Source: Octopus vulgaris (lineage: Eukaryota). From it: DNA of 64,000 nt. Of the stretch, positions 27,620-39,798 are shown piece by piece. The notes below the pieces were generated by a model, which was not told the DNA's origin, made no database searches, and was given only the letters and a program-made list of their open reading frames with translations. The translations under genes and the position numbers were made by a program. Where the stretch lies: the NCBI GenBank assembly GCA_951406725.2, contig OX597814.1:123628001-123692000 (forward strand). Reading direction: 5' to 3'. How positions within the stretch are numbered: position 1 is the stretch's first letter; every line of letters begins with the position of its first letter.

Positions 27620-27677
27620 TTTCAACTAAAGACAAAAAAACACATTACAATTATAACACAGATATATATAATATATA

Positions 27678-28090
27678 ATGAAATTATTGTATACAGTGCT
27701 CAGGTGCACCACAACTTGTCAAAAGTGCGTATAAAGCATATGCAATAATGTACAAATGTCTGGAAAATGAACAGTGTATGAGTCAGATACATGCTTGCGT
27801 GTGTATGGAGGGGAGAAAATCAGGTGTAGTGTTGGCGAATCTCAGGAAGCATGGAAGTTTTGAAGGATGCAGTGCTCTGACAACAACTGATGCCGGCAGT
27901 TTGTGCCATACTTCAGCAACTCTTAGCATGAAAAAATGTTTACGAAAGTCATGGGAGCTGTGCTGTTTTCAACTTTGTAAACATGTCCACGAGTATTAGA
28001 CAGGTGGAGTTTGAAAAGGTGCTCATAGTTATTGTTGGTAAGATGGTTAATAATTTTATGGGTGTCTGCCAAATCAGCTGCCAGCCAATA
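27678..28090 (-). mobile_element. CR1-type LINE 3' end
   Basis: Encodes HKIINHL..NTRGHVYKV..FF.LRVAE.W.KLP; near-identical shorter copies at 975-1097 and 1174-1430. Confidence 0.8.
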
Positions 28091-28382
28091 CTGTAAACAT
28101 ATTTCTGAGATTACCAGTCTTTCCTCAAAACAAAGCATATAGTTTATAAGAATGTGACAAATTCCCTATTGATGTTACACAGAAACATCAGTGACAGTAG
28201 TTATGTGATTATTACATATAACTGCAATTATGAGATGAACAAATTAATTCTTTTACACAAGACACAAAACTTGATCTGAAAGCCATTCTCCTTTGTTCCC
28301 TGTTACTCAGTATCTGTGACTTGCTTAGAACCAAGACAAGTGAAAAAAAAAAAAAAAGAGATATCATTGTATTAAATTGATC

Positions 28383-28570
28383 TTAACCCTCTAGCATTCA
28401 GATTACTCTGTCAAATGTAATGCTTATTTACTTATATTGTTCTGATGTGATTATTTATTTTTAGAATGAAATTTATAGGGTAGATGGGAGAGGCTGGATC
28501 AGGCCAGTTTGAACATAAAACAGATAGAATGTTTTGGCAGGATATGGTCAGCTTGAATGCTAAGGGTTAA
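28383..28570. mobile_element. Second piggyBac-like MITE family
   Basis: ttaa|ccctctagcattc ... gaatgctaaggg|ttaa; related pieces at ~5833-5880 and ~41527-41787. Confidence 0.7.
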
Positions 28571-31100
28571 ATATGTTCAACATTTGTACAAAAGAAACAA
28601 ATAAAGATTTGCTTTCAATTCTATGCAAAACAAGGTCAAACATATCTCTTCTTGCACTCTTTAACTGGCTGTATCTCCTTTACAGCAACATACCTCTTCC
28701 TGCCCTCTATATTTTTCCTTTTCCTTTTCTTTTATTTGTTTCAGTCATTTGACTGCGGCCATGCTGGAGCACCACCATTAGTTGAGCAAAGCGACCCTAG
28801 GACTTATTCTAGGACTTATTCTATCGGTCTCTTGCTGAACCGCTAAGTTACGGGGACGTAAACACACCACCAACGGTTGTCAAGTGATGTTGGGGGGACA
28901 AACACAGACACATAAACATATACATACACACACACATATATATATATATGACAGGCCTCTTTTCAGTTTCCATCTACCAAATCCACTCACAAGGCTTTGG
29001 TCGGCCCGAGGCTATAGTAGAAGACACTTGCCCAAAGTGCCACGCGGTGGGACTGAACCTGAAACAATGTGGTTGGTTGGTAAGCAAGCTACTTACCACA
29101 CAGCCACTCTCTTTTTCTGGCTGGGTAACCATGTACCCCTCTACAACAAGACACCTGTTTCTATCTCTCTGTCACAAGATCACTCCCTCCAATGCCCCCC
29201 GCCCCTCTCAAAGATTCCTTGTCTTGCAAAGTTACTTGGTGACCCTGCCATGTGGCTGGTGTCACTTAAAAAGCATCCAGTGCACATTGTAAAGTGGTTG
29301 GCATTTGGAAGGGCATCCAGCTGTAAAACCATGCCAAAATTAACTTTGCCTGTGCTGGTGCCACATAAAAAAACTATCAGCCCACTCTGTGGGGTGGATG
29401 GTATTAGGAAGGGCATCCAGCCAAAAAAACTGTGTCAAAACAGACACAGAAGAATGGTGCAGGCTTCCACCTGGCCAGCATAGGACATTAAACGATTATG
29501 ACGATGCTGTTCTAGAGTCTGAAAAGTGGCAACAGTCTGATGTCTTATATTACTCTCCAACTCTCCAGAGTATTATATTGCTTATGTCTTCAATGATCTT
29601 CCAACCAGTGTCATAAACTAATTGAGATAGTGATTTGAGAAATTTGATAGATTTTGGGTTTGGCCCTTATGAATATCTTATAATGAAATTTTTCAGATAT
29701 GTTTTCCATGATGTAGCTAACGATTAGGTTGATGAAATTTAAAGAAAAAGTAGTGTGTGTGTGTGGGTGGAGGGAATGTCAGATCATTCTTTCCACACCC
29801 ATGACTTTGTTTCCACCAATTTCCGAAAGTTTAGAGTCTTCGAAGTTTTTATTTTTCCACATTTGTTTGCAATATCAGCATCACGTAATATACATTCTTG
29901 AAAAATATATTCCTGTAAAATTTCACTTAAAAAAGTTAAGAAACAAGTTCAGGAGGATCAAGGGAAAGGGTTCAAAACTCCTCCCTAATTTAAAAAAAAA
30001 TGCTATCATAATGTGGTGCTCCAGCATGGCCGCAGTCAAATGACTGAAACAAGTAAAAGAAATAATCGTAATCTATGCCCCCCAAAACACTTTGTGGTGA
30101 TCCTTCGGTATACGTACCGTAAGTGGCTTTGTTTAATATTTATGAAGATAACAGAAACCCTCACCCCCATATATATAAAAAAAACACTTTCTTGAAATGT
30201 ATCCGGTGCTTCAGGTACCTATACCGAAGTTACGCCCACTTTGCTAAAATTTTATTAAAATATAGGAATTTTTCATGAAGTTATGAAAAAATAAATTTGC
30301 AAGGTAAGGGGCACCAAACTGTAGTTATGTCAGGTTGATTCTGCATGACGAATTACGTTCAAGCGTTCTGTCAAATACTTAACCTCTTATATTATATTTA
30401 TATGAGTAGGCAGTTCAACAGATTGAATAAATAGAATAATTATGGTCGAAAGCGACAGAGGTTTACTTTTAACTAGTTTGAGTATGTACATATGTAAAAA
30501 GTGTGACTGTGTGCGTATTAGTGCAACTATCAACCAGTGCTGAGTTTGTAAGCGTGTTTTTTGATTTTCTGATAATCGTAACGCCCTATATTAACCAATA
30601 TATTTAACAGAAGTTCTGATTCTGTTGTGTCCCAGTTTCCAGTTAACACTGCACCCAACCAGTATATTCCCGTGTTGTTGCTTTTTAGTTGTAGGTCAGC
30701 TCTGATCGAAGAAGATATTTGATCCAAAGCATTCCCGCTGTGACCATCCTGTATTTCAAAGAATATTTATTAAGATGATAGGATTTGAGGAAAATTAGGC
30801 AACAGAAAAGATCCGGCCGTTTTCCTTGTAGGTTGAGCGACCACATAGAAAAACAATATTAGATTATTGTTTCTGAAGTTAGCATAAATCAACGATCTGT
30901 TAACTCCAGCCAACGATCTCTAGATACTGCCTATTATGATGCACGTAACCTTAAATCTTCAAAATTTTTATTGTTAAAAAAGGTCAATTGTATCTAGAAT
31001 TAAAGTCAGTGAAATTCTTCCCTCAGACAGTCGCAAGACAAATATATTTATTATATACACCCATTTCATTGTACAGCGGAAATCAGAGTACACCCAATCC

Positions 31101-31637
31101 GGTTAATATCTAGATCCGCACCCGGTGGGAAAAATGAGATCCGCACCCGGTGGGAAAAATGGAAACGAAAATGTGTAACAGTTGTAAGGCATCGTATTGA
31201 CGGAATAAGACAGGAAAAAAGCGCGCTGACAAACGGGGGGTGGGGGGGCTCGGGAAATTCCCAGGATCAACCGTAGAGGCAAAAATGGAAAAAAATATGT
31301 GTAACAGGTGTTTAAACGCATTTCACACACATAGCCCAATGTCATAATTCAAAACTAACGCAGCGAAAATTTTGAAAAGTTCCCCCAGTTCTGAAAAAAA
31401 TCGATAAATTCGACATGGGGTCGCGAATCAGAAACACAATGGTGAAAATTGATGGTAAATTTTTCTTTAAATCGTAGGCAATTTTCCGAGCCCCCCCCCC
31501 CGTTTGTCAGCGCGCTTTTTTTTCGTCATATTCCTTCAATATACGATGCCTTACAACTGTTACACATTTTCGTTTCCATTTTTCCCACCGGGTGCGGATC
31601 TCATTTTTCCCACCGGGTGCGGATCAAGATATTAACC
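31101..31637. mobile_element. MITE with ~160-bp terminal inverted repeats
   Basis: 31101-31262 is reverse-complementary to 31478-31637; each arm has two copies of the 25-bp unit agatccgcacccggtgggaaaaatg; CpG-rich. Confidence 0.85.
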
Positions 31638-33694
31638 CAGAATCCCTTCTTTACCCTGTTCTCAAAATATCCTTCTTACTTGTCTTTTAAGACATTTAAT
31701 AGAAAGAAATTGACAGAACACGGTACAGATTTGAGAGGCGTGCAATAATGTAAAACAAAAAATGATTTTGTTTCTTTTGGACAAAGTTCTTTCATGGAAA
31801 GAAACAACCTCCTTTTTTTCCTTTCCTATGAAGTACTGATAGCTTTCCGAAAGTCCGCCGATCAGATTACGCCTGTCTCATGAAACGGACACAAACTAAT
31901 AAATCATTAATCTTTTATTTTTTATGTATTTCTTAATATTTAATCAGATGTAACTAATAGGAAAGTGTGTGTGAATGATATAAACAGTTGTAATATATAT
32001 ATATATGATGGGTGTGAGGGAAAGCGGAGTTGTTATGTAAATATAAACACATAGATTAAGTTTGAGCCTGGCGAGTCATTTAACGTATGTTTCTACGAAT
32101 AAAAACAGGTTCAAAAGTACAATTATAGAGCAAATGTTATTACCTGAGAATATGTCGGAGAATGACAAATGTAGAAGAGATATTAGAAAGGAGAAAGTAT
32201 CACAGACTGAGTTAGTTGGATATCCCGCCAATACACTTCGTGCAGAGCTGTCGGTTTTAGTTTCGGATGTTTCATGGGACTAAAATAAATTGTACAAGAT
32301 TTCTTGTTTTCTAAATAGTTTGAAAGGAATAAATTGTATACATGTGAATAAAATATATGCAATCAAATAAAAATTATGAGAGAAAATATCTTTTCAACTA
32401 AAATCCCACGCATTTAATTTCAATTGCCATAACTTTTAAATGAGACGAAAGTTATTTTGTTTAAAAAAATGTCAACTAATGAAACATAATTGATATTTTC
32501 TTTCCTGTTAAGTTTTCTGACGGATTTTCAAATAAGAGCTAAAATTTTCTAGTTGTATATTTCATACTTTGCGTTTGTGCTTATTTTGCGTTGTGCTTAT
32601 ACGAAAGTCCAGGTGTTAACTGTTTATGACAGACATTATGTCACAACTGATTATATTTGCTGTTATTTGGGGAAAATACACGTTTTCCTATCAGCAACAC
32701 AATTTTTTTAAAAAAGAATCATGATTTAAGATATGCTAGTTCCTGTGAAGAGAAATATCTTCCTGGGACAATGTTTTTCCCTAAAATTCAGCTGAAGATA
32801 AACTAAAAACGGCTATGGGCACAGCCACACCTTAGACTGATGGAAATATGAATTATGTAAGATTATCTATTCCATACGCCAGTGATTTCCTCACTTCGTT
32901 TCTTAGTCTGAGGATATGAAGCACTGCCTATTGAATTCTATGATACAATGGCAGATAGAAATATTCTGGTGAGGGCGATCCTTGAGTTTAAAACATCTAT
33001 TTTTACTTTTAACAATCATTTAAACTGAAAATGATGCTCTAAATTCAAGCTGAATCATTATTGTAATTGGTCAGAAAAACAGAGAGAATGGAAGTTTTTT
33101 TTGGTGGCGGTAAAGCGTTTACACCCTTCCCCTTCCGTTTTTCTTTTTAAATTTTTCAAAAATTTCTTCTGATTCCTATATTTTCAATACAGGAGATTAC
33201 GATTTTACTCCCCCCCCCCCCAAAAAAAACACGTTTTCAAAATTTAACTCCCCCCCCCCCAATATTTAAAACTTTTCAGTTTTTTCGATTCTTTTTTTTA
33301 ACTGCGTAGAAAAATACAGGGATTACGACTCTGGAAAAAAATTTCACCATTTAGCGTCAGCTTTTCATGTGGGCATGGGTTGGACGGTTTGATAGGCACT
33401 GGTGAGAGGGTTAGTCATCAAACTGACTCCAGTTTTTGATTGGTATTTAATTTATACAATCCTGTAGGTCGTAAAGACATTACCACCTTCAAAAATTTCA
33501 TGTACCTTGAAATTTGCTAACTCTACTCCTATACATCCTTTCCTCCTTATAACTTTTACTGTTCCCTTTTTTGTCTTTTTGTAATTAATTCTGTTTACTG
33601 TTCATGTACTTTTGGCTTTCAATGCTTTCTTTATTTGACTACTTTCTGTCCCCTTTTTTTCTCTTTTCCAGTGAGTTGTACTGTATACCAGAAG

Positions 33695-34996
33695 CAGGCA
33701 GAATCGTTAGCACACCAGGCAAAATGCTTAGCTGTATTTCATCTGCTGCTATGTTCTGAGTTCAAATTCCGCTGTGGTTGACTTTGCCTTTTATCCTTTC
33801 GGGGTCAGTTAAATATGTACCAGTTTTGCACTGGGGTCGATTTAATCGACTTATCCCCCTCCCCCAAGCTGTTCTTGTAGCAAAAATTTGAAATCATTAT
33901 TATTATTATTGAGAGAGCAATGTATGCCATCAAAGTGACACGGGTAAAATATACGCAGCCCAGTATACCCATCATGATTACCCGTCTGATAAGGGTACAC
34001 TAGGCACATGCATCACAACCATATGTGCATGACATGGTGATCGCATATCAAGATAAACAGCGCATGACCTTGCAGGTGGGGCCCAGTTAGAATTTTCTTC
34101 TGGTTGAGTAACCCACTTTTGAGGTCGATAAAATAAGTACCAGTTGAACACTGGAGTCGATATATTTGACTTACCCCTCCTCCAAAATTTCAGGCCTTGT
34201 GCCTATACTAGAAAGGATTACTATCATTATTATTAAGGTAGCAAATGCTACTGTTAGCATGCTAGACAAAGTGTTTAGCAGCATTTCCTTTCATCCTTTT
34301 GGGTTCAATAAATTAAGTACCAGTAAATCACTGGGGTTAATGTAATCAACCAGTCCCCTCCACACAAATTTCAGGCCTTGTGCCTTTAGCAGAAAGGATT
34401 ATTATCATTATTATTATTATTATTATTATTGATAAGGTAGCAAGCTGGATGAAATGCTTAGCAGTATTCACCCATTGCTATGTTGTGAGTTCAAATTCCA
34501 CCGAGGTCATCTTTGCTTTTCATCCTTTTGGGGCCAATAAATTAAGTACCAGTGAAACACTGGGGTCGATGTAATCAGCTAGTCCCCTCCCCCAAAATTT
34601 CAGGCCTTGTGCGTTTCGCAGAAAGGATTTTTTCATTATTGATGTGGTAAACTGGCAGAATTGTTAGCATGCTGGACTTAATGCTTAATGGCATTTTGTC
34701 CATCTTCAATGTTCTTAGTTCAAATTCCACTGTGCTCAACTTTGCTTTTCATCCTTCCGGGACTAAGTACCAGTTGAGCAATCTGAAATTACTGGCCTTG
34801 TGCAAAAATTTGGAACCATTATTATTTCATTATTATTTTGCTCATCGCTATGTTCTGAGCTCAAACTCCACTGAGGTCGACTTTGTCTTTCATCTTTTCA
34901 GGGTTGATGAATTAAGTACCGGTGAAATACTGAGGTTGATGTAATCAACTGGACCCCTCCCACCAAATTTGAGGCCTTGTGCCTCCAGCAGAAAGG

Positions 34997-35040
<44 letters not shown>
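33695..35040 (+). mobile_element. Head-to-tail array of tRNA-derived SINE family C copies separated by (TTA)n
   Basis: Repeated ggcagaatcgttagca..gagttcaaattcc..gcctttcatcctttcggggtcgataaa.taagtaccag (Meta-domain-like) ending gaaaggattattatt. Other copies at 3977-4395, 12915-13080, 45975-46165, 55820-56040, 56782-57015. Confidence 0.8.
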
Positions 35041-35406
35041 GGTTCATCTGGAAAATAACCACAAGTTTTGATATTTATAACTTTTATGGGTCAAAGATGA
35101 TTGATTTAATCTAAGATGAAATTTGAAAAAGTCAATCAGTCAATTCCTGTAATTAATTGCCAGAATGATTCCTCAACCATTCAATAACCTACCATGTTTC
35201 CATAGAATCCAATCAATAACTTACTTTTTACCAAATGGAATTAGTTGATTGTAAGAAATTTGTAAATTTGTTATTGTTTACTTTTGTTTTGTGTGAGAAA
35301 CATTCACCCCAAATATCTTAGACTAAACATAGAAAAACAAACGGTATTAACGATGCTGTGGTTGTTATATATAATAATGATGATGATGATGATGATGATG
35401 ATAATA

Positions 35407-35582
35407 ATGGTGGAATAAATAGGGGCTGCAATAAGGGTGGAGCACTTGCAGAAAACAGCACTGCTTGGAATCGCTTGAATACTCTGGAAGGTGCTTGAAA
35501 AATAAGAGGTGTTATCTTAGTTCACTGGTAGTGAACAGCAGACACCGTAGTACATCTCCAGCGTTAGAAGCTGTGAAAAGGC

Positions 35583-35583
<1 letters not shown>
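35407..35583 (+). mobile_element. Second short R4/Dong-like 3' end
   Basis: Encodes IRVEHLQKTALLGIA*ILWKVLEK*, homologous to the C-terminus of the neighbouring element; bounded by (TAA/TGA)n. Confidence 0.7.
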
Positions 35584-35623
<40 letters not shown>

Positions 35624-35635
35624 CAACAACAATAA

Positions 35636-36748
35636 TAATCTAGTGAAGGCTGTAAATACTTGGGCAGTATAATTACTTAGATACTCAGCAGCTTTTGTAG
35701 ATTGGACAAAAACTGATTTAGCAAAGCTAGACAGAAGAACTAGGAAGGAATTCCATATGAATGGAGTAGCAAGATTATTCTTACCTAGAAAGCAAGACAG
35801 AAGAGGGTTAACGTCAGTAGAAGACTGCATGAATTAGCTATGTAGGTAATAGTAAAGAATGTATATTAAAAGCTACTACAGTCACAAGACAGGGAAACCA
35901 AAAACCCAAACAAAGTTAAAAACCAGAAAAAAGAACAGAAGTTATCTGACTGGCAAGAGAAGACATTGCATGGTAGATTCACAAAAATAGTTACAGCAAA
36001 CAGTATGGTTGCAGAAAGAAAGGTTGAAAATGGAGACAGAAAGTTTGTTAGTAGCAGCACAAGATCAAGCATTTGTGACTAATTGGATAAAAGCCAAGAT
36101 AGACAGAAACCAATCAGAGTCCCAATGTAGGTTATGCAATTCAAAAGAGGAAAGCATTACATATATAGTAAGTGAATGTAGCATGCTGGCACAGGAAGAG
36201 TACAAGACAAGACATGACAACCTTGGGAGAGTAATCCACTGGGAGTTATGTAGAAAGCTAGGATTTGAATATACTAATAAATGGTATGAACATGAAACTA
36301 GTAAAGTACTAGAAAGTAAGAAAAACAAGATGGGGGACTTTAACATTCAGATAGACAGAGAAACAGAAGCAAGAAGGCCTGATTTAGTTGTTGTAGATAA
36401 AGAGAATAGAAAGTGCCAGATAATTGACTTTACAGTCCTAAATGAAGAAAAAAATCAATATGAGAGGTATAGAAAAAATTACAAAGTACCAGGACCTAGT
36501 AATTGAATTACAAAGACTATGGAAAGTGTGGGTAAAATGTATCCCAGTAGTTATAGGTGCATCAGGAATTATCCTTAAAGATTTGAACAGATGGATAGAG
36601 GAAATAGGCATAAAACCCAGTTTAGTACAGCTCCAGAAAACAGTGTTATTAGGGACAGCTAGGATACTTAGGAGGGTTCTTGGCATCTAAGGTTACTTGT
36701 AGCCTGATGTTAGAATTTTTTTCTTTTCCAACTGTCTAATCTGTTGTG

Positions 36749-36750
<2 letters not shown>
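35636..36750 (+). mobile_element. R4/Dong-clade non-LTR retrotransposon 3' fragment (RLE type)
   Basis: ETESLLVAAQDQ, CRLC zinc knuckle, RHD, RPDLVVVD endonuclease motif, EKITKYQDL, LQKTVLLGTARILRRVL; frameshifted; flanked by (TAA)n. Confidence 0.88.
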
Positions 36751-36798
<48 letters not shown>

Positions 36799-38091
36799 TG
36801 ATGATGATAAATAATGGGTTTCAAATTTTGGCACCAGGCCAGTAGTTCATTATTCTTATTCTTATCTCCATTTCACTCCTAAGAGCTTTCCATTTCACTT
36901 GCTCCTCTTAATTCTGTAAGAGCAGACAGCAACCCATTGTTGTGTACATCAGAGAAACCAGGAAAATGGTCCTATGCTCTTTACAGAGTAATGTGGAATA
37001 ACCATGTATCTGTACAACAAGACACCAGTTTCTGTCCCTCTGTCATACTTTAACTACTCAACACCTGACACAAAGCCACCTGCCTCAACACTACACCCAA
37101 CTCAGTCAGATAATCTTGCTTTGGGTGTTACTGGGTTACATCACTAGTTCTGGTACCACAAAATAAAAAAAGCACCCATAAAGTGGTTGGTGCTCGGGTA
37201 ACCAGGCATAGAAGCCCTGGTTTGTCAGATCCTGTAGAGCCATCCATCACATACAGCTAGGAATATGGATGTTGAATAATGAAGGCAGTGGTGATGAAGA
37301 TGATGATGACTGTGTATGTCAACTGTTTAGTACAGTTCTGTAATTTCTTTTTAATAATTTGGACTGAAGAAAGGAACTATGTCCACAGCCTTTGTAGGGT
37401 CCCTGATGATGGTTCTTGTGAAGGAAGGCTGTTCAGTTTGGAAGAGTAGTTGGAAATGATTAAAATTTCTCACATCTTCATCTCTGTATGTGTCTGTGAG
37501 TGTGTGTGTATATAAATAAATATATATATATATGTGTGTGTGTGTGTGTATAAATATATGTGTGTGTGTGTGTGCTTGAGGAGACCTATTGACTCATATC
37601 ATCAACATCAAAATCAAAATCAAATGGGAATTGTAGTTGTAATACCTGTGCTGGTGGCACGTAAAAGGCATCATCCGAACGTGGCCGATGCCAGCGATGC
37701 CCTTACTGGCTTCCATGCCGTTGGCACATGAAAAGCACCCACTACACTCACAGAGTGGTTGGTGCTAGGAAGGGCATCCAGCTTTAGAAACACTACTAGA
37801 TCTGACTGGAGCCTGGTGAAACCTCCTGGCTTCCCAGATCCCGGTCGAACCGGCCAACCCATGCTAGCATGGTAAACGGACGTTAAATGATGATGATGAT
37901 GATATATACATATAGGCATAATAGTGGCTGTGTGGTAAGTAGCTTGCTTATGCTTATGAACCACATGGTACCGGGTTCAGTCCCACTGCATGGTACCTTG
38001 GGCAAGTGTCTTCTACTATAGCCTCGGTCCGACCAAAGCCTTGTGAGTGGATTTGGTAGACGGAAACTGAAAGAAGCCTGTCGTATATATG

Positions 38092-38124
<33 letters not shown>

Positions 38125-38288
38125 ATATGTTTGTATGTCTGTGTATGTCGTCCCGATGCGATAGTAGAAGACACTTGCCCGGAACCATATGGTTGGTAAG
38201 CAAGCTACTTACCACACAGCCACTCCTGTGCCTATATATATATATAACTGAAAATCTTCCCACACACAGTCAGGAATACATTCAGTTG

Positions 38289-38342
<54 letters not shown>

Positions 38343-38732
38343 TGTGTGTGTATGTTTGTATATATATGTCTATCAATATCTGTATCTATAAAAACACACA
38401 CACTCATACATTTGTGTGTAGGTATATATGAACCTTATATATATACAACTATGATTATATCAGTATGTATAATTGTATAGTTGAGTAGGTGTTTAGATGT
38501 ACATAAGCCAAACTGAAATATTGATACAATGCTACACCACCCATCTCACCTTCCCTATCATATTCTTCCAACAGATATCTATTGAATTCTACTGATTCCT
38601 TGTTACCAAAGTTGAGGCGTGGTCTTACTTTTACACTAGATTCTTTTATTTTGTATTATTGTTGTGGATTTTTTTAAAATAATTGCCGCTGTTCTTCCTC
38701 TTCTGTGGATATCCATTGGAAGTATTGACATG

Positions 38733-38742
38733 TATATAAAAG
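38733..38742 (+). promoter_or_regulatory. TATA box of the EH-like peptide gene
   Basis: TATATAAAAG about 30 nt upstream of a pyrimidine-rich Inr-like ttcacagt and about 140 nt upstream of ATG 38872. Confidence 0.55.
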
Positions 38743-38871
38743 TTGTTGCTGACAGACGATTCTTCACAGTGTTACCAAAGTCTGAGCAAGTTCAACGAGC
38801 TAAGTGGAAGGGAACTTCATTGTCACAGCATAGCAACTGGTCACCTTTTATCACCTGTATTTGCTCAAGAG

Positions 38872-38895
38872 ATGAATCTGATGATATACAGCAAG
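38872..38895 (+). CDS. Coding exon 1 of secreted eclosion-hormone-like precursor (MNLMIYSK)
   Basis: ATG followed by 8 codons and a consensus AAG|gtaagt donor; phase 0 matches the acceptor at 48795 and supplies the signal-peptide n-region. Confidence 0.7.
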
Positions 38896-39597
38896 GTAAG
38901 TTACACCTTACCAGCTCTTTTTCTCCCTATCACCTGTCCACTCATTATATATATATTTTTTATTATAGGCACACATGCACCTTTCCTGACAAACATACAG
39001 AAACATATATACAGCAGGGGTGGGGGTCTCTATAGATGAACATTCTGGAACTCTCTCTACTTGTTTCAGTCATTTGACTGTGGCCATGCTGGAGCACCAC
39101 CTTTAGTTGAGAAAATCGACCCCAGGACTTATTCTTTGTAAGCCTAGTACTTATTCTATCGGTCTCTTTTGCTGAACCACTAAGTTACGGGGACGGAAAC
39201 ACACCAACATCGGTTATCAAGCAATGTTGGGGGGACAAACACAGACACACAAACATATATACACGCATACATATATATATACGACAGGATTCTTTCAGTT
39301 TCCGTCTACCAAATCCACTCACAAAGCTTTGGTCAGCCCGAGGCTATAGTAGAAGACCCTTGCCCAAGATTTCTCGCAGTGGGACTGAACCCAGAACTAT
39401 GTGGTTGGTAAGCAAGCTACTTACCACACAGTCACTCCTGCGCCTCTGTTCATTAACCAAATTGTTTGTTGCATGATTAATTGAAATACATATCAATAGG
39501 GGTCATCCATTCCAAGCCAAACCCAGACTCCACAATAAAGACATGAAATTGTGTTTATTTGTCCATCCATTGATAACAAAGATGTAAATATATACAT

Positions 39598-39798
39598 ATA
39601 TGATTGGGTGTTGAAAAGTTCCAGAAGGATCAGTTAATTATGATTTTATTGAACATATTCCCCTCTCAGATTCACATACTTATTGCAGCAGTCCTTTGGT
39701 TGTTTTCTAAGCCCTGTAAAAGAACTCAGAAGATTACACCTCTGACCAGGTCTTTTGTGACACCCTTAAAGCCAGGATCTTTTTAGCACCCCCTCATA
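39598..39798. mobile_element. Tc1/mariner-derived MITE
   Basis: TIRs gggtgttgaaaagttcc / ggatctttttagcacccc with TA flanks; internal remnant of a mariner C-terminus on the minus strand. Confidence 0.65.

Noticed and set aside
28884-29616. 199-aa ORF and overlapping ORFs
   Set aside because: Read-through of SINE A and RTE-UTR repeats; the same peptide strings recur wherever these repeats occur
30101-30230. 16-bp inverted repeat cttcggtatacgtacc / ggtacctataccgaag
   Set aside because: It may be a small MITE, but there is no TSD or second copy in the window to support a call
32870-32945. Possible small structured RNA (tcctca..tgagga hairpin)
   Set aside because: No recognisable snoRNA or snRNA box arrangement; too little support
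38664-39039. 123-aa and 98-aa ORFs as stand-alone genes
   Set aside because: They use non-ATG starts and run through the TATA box, 5' UTR and the gtaagt donor; only 38872-38895 is supported as coding
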